DNA of 64,000 nucleotides from Clostridia bacterium. GTDB taxonomy: Bacteria; Bacillota; Clostridia; Oscillospirales; CAG-272. Below are positions 8,906-17,533 of the stretch, in pieces (position 1 is the stretch's first letter; each line of letters starts with the position of its first letter). The translations under genes were made by a program, and so were the position numbers. Where the stretch lies: positions 12,008 to 76,007 of the forward strand of contig JAFSMU010000010.1 in NCBI GenBank assembly GCA_017447775.1, read 5' to 3'. The notes under the pieces are model-generated. The model was not told the origin of the DNA, did no database searches, and saw only the letters and a program-made list of their open reading frames with translations.

Positions 8906-11452
8906 ATGATTGCAAATACAAAAATTCGCATAAATACTCTCGCAAAAGACCTTGAAATGAAGGGAAAAGATCTTATTGATTTTATAGAAAAGGCGGGGCT
9001 TGGTCAAAAAACGACGTCGGGAACGCTTACCCCCGATGAGTTTTCTGTGCTTTTCGACAAGCTCACGCTTGAAAATCAGATAAGTAATATGGCCGATTAC
9101 CTCTCGGGCAAGGCTGACGTAAAACATAAAGAACCTCTTGCCAAGAAAACAGAAGAGGAACCGGCGGCACCTGAAAAGCCCGACGAGGAAGCTTCAAAGA
9201 AGAAAGAAGAAATAAAAGCGGATGCTGACAAAAAGCCGCAGACGACCGAAAAGGCAAATGAGAGCTCCGAGAAGGCGCAGGAGCCGAAAAAACAAGAGCC
9301 GAAAAAGCCGGTCGTCAAAATGCCATCGCAGCCGCAGGCTGAGCGCGGCTCGTCAAAAACGCCGGACAGATTCCAGAATCCGAATTTCGGCGGCGTTCAG
9401 AAACAGCAAAAACAGCAGAAAGAACAGCAAAAGCAGGAAGTCCGCAATCAGCCGACTGTCAAAATGGGCGGCGGCGAAAAGGTTACGGCTGAAAAGAAGA
9501 CGCGCGTTGTCGACACACGCTCGACAAACGTCGATCTGTCCAAATATGACGAAAGACTCGATAAATACACCGTCGATCAGGGGCGCTCAAACGTACCTGA
9601 CCGCCAGAAGCTGAAAAAACAGCAAAACAGAAATCCTTTCGGCAAAAAGGAACAGAACACAAAATTTGAAAAATCAAAGAAAGAAAAGACGCCGCCCAAA
9701 AAGCAGCAGCTTGTCGTATCGGTCCCTGATGAGATAACCGTCGGCGAGTTTGCGCAGCTTATCAAGGTTACTGCCGGTGAAGTTATAAAGAAGCTGATGG
9801 GCATGGGCATTATGGCAAGCATAAATCAAGTTATCGACTTCGATACGGCGTTCCTTGTCGCCGACGAGCTTGGCGTTATAGTCAATAAGGAAGTTCACGT
9901 TTCCATCGAAGAAAAGCTCTTTGACGAAACCGAGGACGCGCCCGAAACGCTTGTCGAGCGTCCGCCTGTCGTGTGCGTTATGGGACACGTTGACCACGGT
10001 AAAACGTCGCTGCTCGACGCTATCAGAAATACGCACGTTACCGCCGGCGAGGCAGGCGGCATCACGCAGAGCATCGGCGCTTACAGAGTAAATATCGACG
10101 GCAAGTACATCACGTTCCTCGACACGCCGGGACACGAGGCGTTCACCGCTATGCGTGCGCGCGGCGCCATGGCGACGGATATCGCTATTCTTGTTGTCGC
10201 TGCGGACGACGGGATCATGCCGCAGACGATCGAGGCTATCAACCACGCAAAAGCCGCGGGCGTCGAGATAATCGTCGCTATTAATAAAATCGACAAACCG
10301 AGCGCAAATCCCGAGCAGGTAAAGCAAGAGCTTACGCAGTATGATCTTCTTCCGGAAGAGTGGGGCGGTAAAACGATATGCGTTCCCGTTTCGGCGCTTA
10401 CCAAAAAGGGAATACCCGATCTTCTTGAAAACATACTCCTCGTTGCCGAGGTTGCGGAGCTTAAAGCCAACCCCAACCGCCGTGCAAAAGGCGTTGTTAT
10501 CGAGGCAAGACTTGATAAGGGACGCGGTCCCGTTGCGACGATCCTCGTTCAGAACGGCACCCTCCACGCAGGCGACACCGTAATTGCGGGAACGTCGGTA
10601 GGCCGTGTGCGCGCTATGACAGATGATCGCGGCAAGCCGGTTAAGGTTGCCGGCCCGTCAGTGCCTGTTGAGATCGCGGGACTTGACGAAGTTCCGATGG
10701 CGGGCGACGAATTCAACGCCGTTGAAGACGAAAAAATGGCTCGCGAGCTTGCACAGCAGCGCCGCTCCAAAGAAAAAGAGGACGAACTCAACGCCAACAC
10801 GCGCGTCAGCCTTGAAGACTTCTTCAATCAGATCAAAGACGGCGTGAAGGACCTCAATATCGTCGTAAAAGCCGACGTAAAAGGCTCGGCGGAAGCTGTA
10901 AAGGCTTCACTTGTCAAGCTGTCAAACGACGAAGTACACGTAAATGTCATCCACTCCGCTGTCGGCGGAATAACAGAGAACGACGTTCAGTTTGCCGCCG
11001 CTTCAAACGCTATTATCGTCGGATTCAACGTCCGCCCCGATAAGACGGCGATCGACTCTGCCGAAAGACAGGGAGTTGATATCAGAACGTACCGCATCAT
11101 CTACGAGTGCATCGAGGAGATCGAGGCCGCTATCAAGGGTATGCTTAAACCCGTTTACCGCGAGGTCGTTCTCGGCCACGCGGAAGTCAGACAGACTATC
11201 CACGTTCCAAACGTCGGCACTATCGCCGGTTCATACGTTCAGGACGGCAAGATCACGAACAAGTCGAAGATCCGCATCGTGCGCGACGGTATAGTTATAT
11301 TTGAGGATGCGATCTCATCTCTCCGCCGCTTCAAAGACGACGTCAGAGAGGTCGCGTCAGGGTATGAGTGCGGCGTCGGGCTTGATAAATTCAACGACAT
11401 CAAGGTCGGCGATATTCTCGAAGCGTTCATAATGGAAGAGATCGCAAGATAA
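8906..11452 (+). CDS. infB: translation initiation factor IF-2
   Basis: G-domain motifs [20 protein letters not shown] and NKID, preceded by a long K/E/P/Q-rich N-terminal region. ATG 8906 is preferred over the track GTG at 8885. Confidence 0.95.
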   Translation: MIANTKIRINTLAKDLEMKGKDLIDFIEKAGLGQKTTSGTLTPDEFSVLFDKLTLENQISNMADYLSGKADVKHKEPLAKKTEEEPAAPEKPDEEASKKKEEIKADADKKPQTTEKANESSEKAQEPKKQEPKKPVVKMPSQPQAERGSSKTPDRFQNPNFGGVQKQQKQQKEQQKQEVRNQPTVKMGGGEKVTAEKKTRVVDTRSTNVDLSKYDERLDKYTVDQGRSNVPDRQKLKKQQNRNPFGKKEQNTKFEKSKKEKTPPKKQQLVVSVPDEITVGEFAQLIKVTAGEVIKKLMGMGIMASINQVIDFDTAFLVADELGVIVNKEVHVSIEEKLFDETEDAPETLVERPPVVCVMGHVDHGKTSLLDAIRNTHVTAGEAGGITQSIGAYRVNIDGKYITFLDTPGHEAFTAMRARGAMATDIAILVVAADDGIMPQTIEAINHAKAAGVEIIVAINKIDKPSANPEQVKQELTQYDLLPEEWGGKTICVPVSALTKKGIPDLLENILLVAEVAELKANPNRRAKGVVIEARLDKGRGPVATILVQNGTLHAGDTVIAGTSVGRVRAMTDDRGKPVKVAGPSVPVEIAGLDEVPMAGDEFNAVEDEKMARELAQQRRSKEKEDELNANTRVSLEDFFNQIKDGVKDLNIVVKADVKGSAEAVKASLVKLSNDEVHVNVIHSAVGGITENDVQFAAASNAIIVGFNVRPDKTAIDSAERQGVDIRTYRIIYECIEEIEAAIKGMLKPVYREVVLGHAEVRQTIHVPNVGTIAGSYVQDGKITNKSKIRIVRDGIVIFEDAISSLRRFKDDVREVASGYECGVGLDKFNDIKVGDILEAFIMEEIAR

Positions 11453-11462
11453 GGAGTGTAAT

Positions 11463-13442
11463 ATGAATTTCAGACAGGTACATCTCGATTTTCACACGAG
11501 CGAGCTTATAGAAGGGATCGGCTCTGAATTTTCAAAAGAGAATTTCCAGAAGGCGCTCAAAAAGGGACACGTAAATTCGATAACACTGTTCTCCAAGTGC
11601 CATCACGGCTGGGCTTATCATCCGTCAGAGGCAAACGAAATGCACCCGAATCTCTCGTTCGACCTTCTCGGCGCGCAGATAGAGGCGGCGCATGAAATAG
11701 GGGTAAGAACGCCGGTGTATCTTTCGGCGGGACTGGACGAAAAGATGGCGCGCCGCCATCCCGAGTGGCTTTATAGAAATGCCGACGAAAGCATGGCGTG
11801 GACGTCTGATTTTACGAAGGCGGGTTATCATCGTTTTTGCATGAATTCCCCGTATCTTGAATACCTCGCCGCTCAGGTGGAAGAGGTGGTCAAAAATTAC
11901 GACGCTGACGAAATATTCCTCGACATCGTCGGAGCTTTCCCGTGCCGCTGCCAGAATTGCGTCAGGTCTATGAAAGAGAAAGGTCTCGATCCGATGAGCG
12001 ACGACGACGCATACCGCCACGGCGTCGAAGTGTATCTGAATTACACTCGCCGTATGCGCGAAGCGGTCGATAAATACAAACCGGGACTTCCCATTTTCCA
12101 TAACGCGGGGCATATCCAGTGCGGCAGACGCGACTTCGCGTTCGCGAATTCGCATCTTGAACTTGAAAGTCTTCCTACGGGCAGCTGGGGATACGACCAT
12201 TTCCCGATGTCAGCGGCATACGTGCGCACACTCGGCATGGAATATATCGGCATGACGGGCAAATTCCACACGTCGTGGGGCGAGTTCGGTGGGTTCAAGC
12301 ATCCGAACGCGCTTAGATACGAAGCCGCGCTCAACATGGCGTTCGGCTCCAAAATGTCGATCGGCGATCAGTGCCACCCGAACGGGAAAATGGATATGGC
12401 AACGTATAAACTCATCGGAGAGGCGTATGCCGATATGGAGGTCAAAGAGCCGTGGCTCGACGGCGTAGAAAGCGTCGCCGATATAGCCGTGCTTTCGCAG
12501 GAGGCGGCTTACATATACCTCCACCCGAACAAAGAACCGCTCGGCAAGCGCTCGTGGATCGGCTCGACAGGCGCGTCGAGAATACTTCTCGAAGGGAAAT
12601 ACCTGTTTGACTTCGTCGATACGGAAGACGATCTCAAAAAATACAAGCTCCTTATACTGACCGATGACACTCTCCTCGACAGCGATTACGCCGAGAAGCT
12701 CCGCGAGTTCACCGACAACGGCGGCAAAGTGCTTGCAACCGGGAAAAGCGGACTCAAGACGGACGGCAGCGGCTTTGCCCTCGACCTCGGCGCAAGATAT
12801 ATAGGCGAGTGCAAATCAGACACATCGTTCATACGTCCGAAATTCGATATGGAAGGGCTTTACGACTCTTTCCACGTCATATATCAGCACTCCGAGGACA
12901 TAGAGGCGACGGGAGAAGTCATAGCCGAAAAGCAAAACACGTATTTCAACAGAACGGTGGAGCATTTTTCGTCGCATAAGCACGCGCCGAACGATCCGAG
13001 CAAGACTTATCCCGCGGCAACGATAGGAAAAGACGGAGCGTATGTCGTATATCCTCTTTTCACCGAATACGCGACGACCGGCTCGCTCGTTTCAAAGCGC
13101 GTCATTGAAGGCATTATCGACCGTCTTCTCGGCGACGACAAGACGCTGACTACAAACCTTCCCGTTCCGGGCATCGCCACGGTCATGCACCAAAGAGACG
13201 AGCGCAGATTTGTAAATCACCTTATCTACGCATCCCCCGTGAAACGCGGGACGGGCGTTGAGGTCGTTGAGGATATCGTGCCTGTTTATAACGTTGAGGT
13301 TTCGCTCAAACTCGGCGTTGAGCCGACGAGGGTATATCTCGCGCCGAGCGACGTCGATATTGAATACGATTTTACCGACGGCGTGCTTACTTACACGGTG
13401 GATAAGATAGACTGTCACAGAATGGTCGTGATCGAATACTGA
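11463..13442 (+). CDS. GH42-like / GHL6-type putative glycoside hydrolase with beta-galactosidase-trimerisation-like middle domain
   Basis: 659-aa ORF. The motifs FCMNSP and CRCQNC resemble the GH42 zinc-cysteine cluster, and the N-terminus looks like a TIM barrel. No signal peptide. The RBS overlaps the infB stop (taaggag). Confidence 0.6.
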   Translation: MNFRQVHLDFHTSELIEGIGSEFSKENFQKALKKGHVNSITLFSKCHHGWAYHPSEANEMHPNLSFDLLGAQIEAAHEIGVRTPVYLSAGLDEKMARRHPEWLYRNADESMAWTSDFTKAGYHRFCMNSPYLEYLAAQVEEVVKNYDADEIFLDIVGAFPCRCQNCVRSMKEKGLDPMSDDDAYRHGVEVYLNYTRRMREAVDKYKPGLPIFHNAGHIQCGRRDFAFANSHLELESLPTGSWGYDHFPMSAAYVRTLGMEYIGMTGKFHTSWGEFGGFKHPNALRYEAALNMAFGSKMSIGDQCHPNGKMDMATYKLIGEAYADMEVKEPWLDGVESVADIAVLSQEAAYIYLHPNKEPLGKRSWIGSTGASRILLEGKYLFDFVDTEDDLKKYKLLILTDDTLLDSDYAEKLREFTDNGGKVLATGKSGLKTDGSGFALDLGARYIGECKSDTSFIRPKFDMEGLYDSFHVIYQHSEDIEATGEVIAEKQNTYFNRTVEHFSSHKHAPNDPSKTYPAATIGKDGAYVVYPLFTEYATTGSLVSKRVIEGIIDRLLGDDKTLTTNLPVPGIATVMHQRDERRFVNHLIYASPVKRGTGVEVVEDIVPVYNVEVSLKLGVEPTRVYLAPSDVDIEYDFTDGVLTYTVDKIDCHRMVVIEY

Positions 13443-13443
13443 T

Positions 13444-13473
13444 AAAAAAGCTCCTGATCTCAGGAGCTTTTTC
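13444..13473 (+). terminator. intrinsic terminator ending the nusA-infB-hydrolase transcript
   Basis: aaaaaagctcctga-tc-tcaggagctttttc is a perfect 9-bp stem followed by a U-tract. Confidence 0.75.
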
Positions 13474-13486
13474 TTTAACGTCGCTA

Positions 13487-13515
13487 TTGATTTATTTTAC
13501 TTATTATGGTATAAT
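13487..13515 (+). promoter_or_regulatory. sigma-A type promoter
   Basis: TTGATT, a 17-nt spacer, then TATAAT preceded by tgg (extended -10 like). Confidence 0.5.
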
Positions 13516-13545
13516 AATGATAATTAAACTTTTTTTGGAGCAGTA

Positions 13546-15297
13546 ATGGATATTTTTGATGTATTAACGCTCATATGCGGTCTTTCGATGTTCCTTTTCG
13601 GAATGAACGTGATGAGCGACTCGCTGAAGAGAAGCGCGGGTAACAAACTTAAAGCCACGCTTGGCAAAATGACGTCGAACAAATGGAAGGGATTTTTGCT
13701 CGGTCTCGGCGTGACGGCGGTAATTCAGTCGTCGAGCGCGACGACTGTCATGGTCGTCGGTTTTGTAAACTCCGGAACGATGACGCTGTCGCAAGCCGTC
13801 GGTGTTATAATGGGCGCAAACGTCGGCACGGCGGTGACGTCGTGGCTGACAGGTCTATCTGGCATTGAGGGCGCGGCAAACATTATTCAATTTATAAAAC
13901 CGTCTGAATCGTCGTGGATAGCTATTCTTGCGCTCGTCGGCATTCTTCTTATAATGATTTCAAAGCGCGGAAAACGCCGCGATCTCGGAACGGTGTTCCT
14001 CGGATTTGTCGTGCTGATGATCGGTATGGAAATTATGTCAAGCGCCGTTTCAGGTCTTAAAGACAGCACGGCGTTCCGCTCAATACTCACCGCGTTTGAA
14101 AACCCGTTGCTCGGCATTCTCGTCGGTATCGTGTTTACAGCGATAGTTCAGTCGTCGTCGGCGTCGGTCGGTATATTGCAGTCGCTGACAACGACGGGCG
14201 CCATCACGTTCGGCGCGGCGTTTCCGATAATTCTCGGTCAGAACATCGGTACATGCGTTACAACGCTTATTTCCGCCGCAGGCGCGACGAAAAACGGCAA
14301 GCGCGCGGCGCTGATACACTTGTATTTCAACGTCATCGGCGCGGTCGTGGTAATGATACTGTTCTACGCGCTGAACGCGATATTCAAATTTACGTTTATG
14401 GAAACATCGATCGGTCCGTTCGGCGTCGCGGCAATACACACACTTTATAAGATAGGACTCGTCGCGCTGTTCGCTCCGTTTACAAAGCAGCTGGAAAAGC
14501 TCGCAACGATCTCCGTCAAAAGCTCTGACGAGCCGGAGAAGGAAAACCTGCTCGACGACCGCCTTCTGAAATCGCCGACTATCGCCGTTCAGCGCGCAAA
14601 CGACGTCGCTCACGAAATGGCAAAAATATCGTTTGAGGCAATGAAAAGCTCGCTCGGTCTGCTTTTCAGTTACGATATAAAAGCAGGTGCGGCGATACGA
14701 AAACAAGAGGAAAAAGCGGACGTGTACGAGGACGCGCTCGGAACGTACCTTGTCAAGCTCTCGGCTGAAAACCTTACCGAAAGTGACAGCCACCAGGTTA
14801 CAAAATTGCTCCATACAATATCTGATTTTGAGCGAATTTCCGACCACGCGGTAAACGTTGTCGAATCGGCGGAAGAGATACTCGACAACAAGGTCATCTT
14901 CTCCGACGAAGCGCGGCACGAAATAGACGTTCTGACCTGTGCAATTGATGAAATACTCGATATAACGTCGCGCGCGTTCATCGATAACGACCTTGACCTT
15001 GCCGCGACAGTCGAGCCGCTTGAACAGACGGTCGATCACCTCCGCGATACAATAAAATCAAACCACATCCTTCGCCTGCAAAAGAGCGAATGCACCATCG
15101 AACACGGATTTGTGCTCAACGATATTCTCACAAACTGCGAGCGCGTGTCCGACCACTGTTCAAATATCGCGGGCTGTGTTATCGAGCTTTCAAAATACGA
15201 CTCGCTCAATATGCACGAATACCTCAATAAGATCAAATCGGGCGAGCACAATTTCAAGAAAAAATACGAAGAATATATGCAAAAATATTCGCTGTGA
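13546..15297 (+). CDS. Na/Pi cotransporter family protein with C-terminal PhoU-like domains
   Basis: 583-aa ORF. The N-terminal half is polytopic with duplicated QSSSA(T/S) motifs typical of NptA-type Na/Pi cotransporters. The C-terminal half is soluble and helical with PhoU-type repeats (ERISDHAVN, ERVSDHCSN). Confidence 0.85.
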   Translation: MDIFDVLTLICGLSMFLFGMNVMSDSLKRSAGNKLKATLGKMTSNKWKGFLLGLGVTAVIQSSSATTVMVVGFVNSGTMTLSQAVGVIMGANVGTAVTSWLTGLSGIEGAANIIQFIKPSESSWIAILALVGILLIMISKRGKRRDLGTVFLGFVVLMIGMEIMSSAVSGLKDSTAFRSILTAFENPLLGILVGIVFTAIVQSSSASVGILQSLTTTGAITFGAAFPIILGQNIGTCVTTLISAAGATKNGKRAALIHLYFNVIGAVVVMILFYALNAIFKFTFMETSIGPFGVAAIHTLYKIGLVALFAPFTKQLEKLATISVKSSDEPEKENLLDDRLLKSPTIAVQRANDVAHEMAKISFEAMKSSLGLLFSYDIKAGAAIRKQEEKADVYEDALGTYLVKLSAENLTESDSHQVTKLLHTISDFERISDHAVNVVESAEEILDNKVIFSDEARHEIDVLTCAIDEILDITSRAFIDNDLDLAATVEPLEQTVDHLRDTIKSNHILRLQKSECTIEHGFVLNDILTNCERVSDHCSNIAGCVIELSKYDSLNMHEYLNKIKSGEHNFKKKYEEYMQKYSL

Positions 15298-15303
15298 GGG
15301 AAT

Positions 15304-16449
15304 ATGTCAACATACTATATCGATCCGCTTATCGGCTTGCCCGAAAATGACGGCTTATCCGAACTAACCCCGAAAGATACACACGAAGGGCTTTCTCTTC
15401 GCGCAGGTGACACGGTGCTTTTCCGTCGCGGGACGGAATACCGCCGCGGCATACATCACTCGGGACTTGACGGCGCGCCCGTGACTTTCGGCGCATACGG
15501 AAACGGCGAGGCGCCGAAGTTTTACGGCTCGATAAACCGCTCCGCCGCGTATCTGTGGCAGAAAACGGAGCGCGAGAACGTATGGAAGCTCGCCATCCCG
15601 CTGCGTGACGAGCCGTGCAACGTAATATTTGATTTCGGCGATCACTGCGGCACGCTTTCATGGACGAAAGACGGCCTTGACGCGCAGGGCAAATGGTGGA
15701 GCGACGCGATAGGCAAACGCATATCGAAAACACCGTTTGATTCCGCCGAATTCTATATTTATTCATCGGAAAATCCCGGAAAATATTACAGCGACATCGA
15801 GATCGCGCTCTACGGCGACAGGATGATGCTTTCGGCAAATAAAAACACCGTCTTTGAGGGGCTTGACATTTTGTGCGCGGGCGTGCACGGCTACGCCACG
15901 AGGCGCCCCGAAAACGTGAAAATAAAAGACTGCCGATTTGAATTTATCGGCGGCTGCGTGTGGGACTTGGACAGACGCATCCGCTTCGGAAACGGCGTCG
16001 AGCTTTGGGACGGCGGCAAAAACGTGACTGTTGAGGACTGCTCATTTTACAATGTTTATGACTCTTGCTTTACAACGCAGGGAAGCGAGAACATGACGCG
16101 GCACGAAAACATCAGATGTGCAGGAAATACAATGGTGAAATACGGTATGGCGGCGTTTGAAATACGCGACAAAATAGGCAAGAACGTCGTCTTTGAGCTT
16201 AACGTCTGCGAGGGCGCGGGGCGTGGATTTTCAATGCAGGGCGAAAAACCGCCGCGAATGTCCGAAATCTATCCCGAACCGATGGGGCATCACATCTTCG
16301 TTTGGCGCGCAAAGGCGACCGAGGGCGGGCACGTCGAGATCAGGCGCAACGTTTTCCGCGGGCGGCCTACGGGCGAGAATATCTATATCCGTTTGGATAG
16401 CACCGACGCCGCTCGACAGGTGACGATAGAGAATAACGAGGTACAGTGA
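15304..16449 (+). CDS. right-handed parallel beta-helix repeat protein (function unknown, no signal peptide)
   Basis: 381-aa ORF 6 nt after the transporter gene. It shows repeated short beta-helix-like turns (N.V..DC.F, GG..W). The assignment is tentative. Confidence 0.5.
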   Translation: MSTYYIDPLIGLPENDGLSELTPKDTHEGLSLRAGDTVLFRRGTEYRRGIHHSGLDGAPVTFGAYGNGEAPKFYGSINRSAAYLWQKTERENVWKLAIPLRDEPCNVIFDFGDHCGTLSWTKDGLDAQGKWWSDAIGKRISKTPFDSAEFYIYSSENPGKYYSDIEIALYGDRMMLSANKNTVFEGLDILCAGVHGYATRRPENVKIKDCRFEFIGGCVWDLDRRIRFGNGVELWDGGKNVTVEDCSFYNVYDSCFTTQGSENMTRHENIRCAGNTMVKYGMAAFEIRDKIGKNVVFELNVCEGAGRGFSMQGEKPPRMSEIYPEPMGHHIFVWRAKATEGGHVEIRRNVFRGRPTGENIYIRLDSTDAARQVTIENNEVQ

Positions 16450-16540
16450 AAATCTACCGTTTTTCGACATGACTTTTGACTGAGAAATATTGTAATTGAG
16501 CTGATGTTTTGATATAATTGTCTTGAAAGGAGATGGAAAA

Positions 16541-17155
16541 ATGTCGTATTCATTCGGAAATTATATTTGTGAGCTTCGGGAGAAGGCAAACCTCACACAA
16601 ACTCAGCTCGGAGAAAAACTCGGCGTATCGAACAAGGCGGTGTCGAAATGGGAAAACGGAGCCGCATATCCGTCGAGCGACCTGATGTATGATCTTGCAA
16701 AAGTGCTTGACACTTCGGTAGAAGAGCTTTATCGCGTTATGAGCGAAACGAAAAAAGAAAAAGGCAAACTCAGAGCGTTTCTCGACAAAGTTTTCGGATA
16801 TCCGAAAATCGAGATCCCGTTTTTTATCTTAATTTCGATTATTGTGTATATACTTTTCATCGCCTTCGGGAAAAACGATGATAAAAGTGTTCTTTTGATC
16901 GCAACGCCCGTGATTTGCGTTATTCTCGGCGCTTTTGTGTATTTAATAAATCGGATTTTAATAAAAATGCCGATGGTTTCGTCGAGGTTTATTGATATTT
17001 TGGAATTGTTTATGTTTTTTTCATTTATGATGGGGGAAACGGCTTTGCTCGTTGCGTTTTTTATTGATATGAAAAACGGTTTCAACTATTCCGCGGCGGC
17101 GGTTCCGTTTGCTTTGGCGGCGATCGTGATGTTTCACAATAAAAGAAAAAGATAA
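16541..17155 (+). CDS. XRE-family helix-turn-helix regulator fused to a 4-TM membrane domain
   Basis: The N-terminus LREKANLTQTQLGEKLGVSNKAVSKWENG is a classic HTH_XRE, and the C-terminal half is hydrophobic. The start is moved to ATG 16541 behind the RBS aaaggaga. Confidence 0.8.
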   Translation: MSYSFGNYICELREKANLTQTQLGEKLGVSNKAVSKWENGAAYPSSDLMYDLAKVLDTSVEELYRVMSETKKEKGKLRAFLDKVFGYPKIEIPFFILISIIVYILFIAFGKNDDKSVLLIATPVICVILGAFVYLINRILIKMPMVSSRFIDILELFMFFSFMMGETALLVAFFIDMKNGFNYSAAAVPFALAAIVMFHNKRKR

Positions 17156-17168
17156 TGTGAAGTGCTTT

Positions 17169-17194
17169 CGGGCGGCTTTTGCCGCCCGTTTTTT
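17169..17194 (+). terminator. intrinsic terminator after the XRE gene
   Basis: cgggcggc-tttt-gccgcccg followed by tttttt. Confidence 0.75.
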
Positions 17195-17337
17195 CTCTCC
17201 CTGTTTAAGGGAGAGTACCCGCGTCTGCGGACGCGGGGGAGAGGGCTCCGCCCTTGCGCGCCATCAAACAACCCCTCACCCGCGCAGAGCGCGGGAGCTC
17301 CCCTTGCACAGGGGAGCTCCCCTTGCACAGGGGAGCC
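17195..17337. repeat. array of GC-rich hairpins including a 19-nt tandem duplication (REP-like intergenic element)
   Basis: Hairpins: ctctccc/gggagag (17195-17215), cccgcgtc/gacgcggg (17218-17237), agggc/gccct (17242-17254) and cccgcgc/gcgcggg (17279-17295). The unit gctccccttgcacagggga is repeated twice (17297-17334), and each copy is itself a hairpin. Confidence 0.6.
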
Positions 17338-17360
17338 ATAAATACCACATATTGTATACC

Positions 17361-17398
17361 AAAATCTGTTGGTTTTTCCGACAGATTTTTCTTTTTTT
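17361..17398 (+). terminator. second terminator-like hairpin with long U-tract
   Basis: aaaatctgt-(11 nt)-acagatttt followed by tctttttttg. Confidence 0.5.
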
Positions 17399-17420
17399 GC
17401 CCGAAATTGCCGCATAAATG

Positions 17421-17501
17421 TTGACTTTTGTTGTTTTTGGTTTATTTTTGCGAAGATTTTATCAAAAACATATTGACAACAAACAACATTTGTGATATTT
17501 T
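17421..17501 (+). promoter_or_regulatory. two tandem promoter-like boxes upstream of the GRE/BMC operon
   Basis: TTGACT-16 nt-TATTTT (17421-17448) and TTGACA-17 nt-TATTTT (17473-17501). The flanking ttgttgttt / aaacaaca segments form an imperfect inverted repeat and are possible operator sites. Confidence 0.35.
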
Positions 17502-17533
17502 TAGAATAGAATATTTTGAGGAGGAATGTACTT

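Noticed and set aside
9100-9720. Low-complexity Lys/Glu/Pro/Gln-rich stretch with many short nucleotide repeats.
   Set aside because: It is the normal disordered N-terminal region of IF-2, in frame with the G-domain. It is not a mobile or satellite repeat.
9674-10567. 297-aa minus-strand ORF inside infB. Similar long antisense ORFs occur at 14080-15039, 21465-22415, 27139-27879, 19327-19905, 58142-59113 and 4384-5049.
   Set aside because: Each lies entirely antisense to a gene with unmistakable family motifs. Their translations are low-complexity, Arg/Ser/Cys-rich and motif-free, and none has a convincing RBS. They are typical shadow ORFs of moderately GC-rich coding sequence.
17157-17417. 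86-aa plus-strand ORF (MKCFRAAFAARFF...) between the XRE gene and the GRE gene.
   Set aside because: It starts on GTG inside the preceding gene's stop region. It runs through two terminators and the GC-rich hairpin array, and its sequence is an Arg/Pro/Gly artefact of the palindromes. I treated it as a non-coding repeat element.
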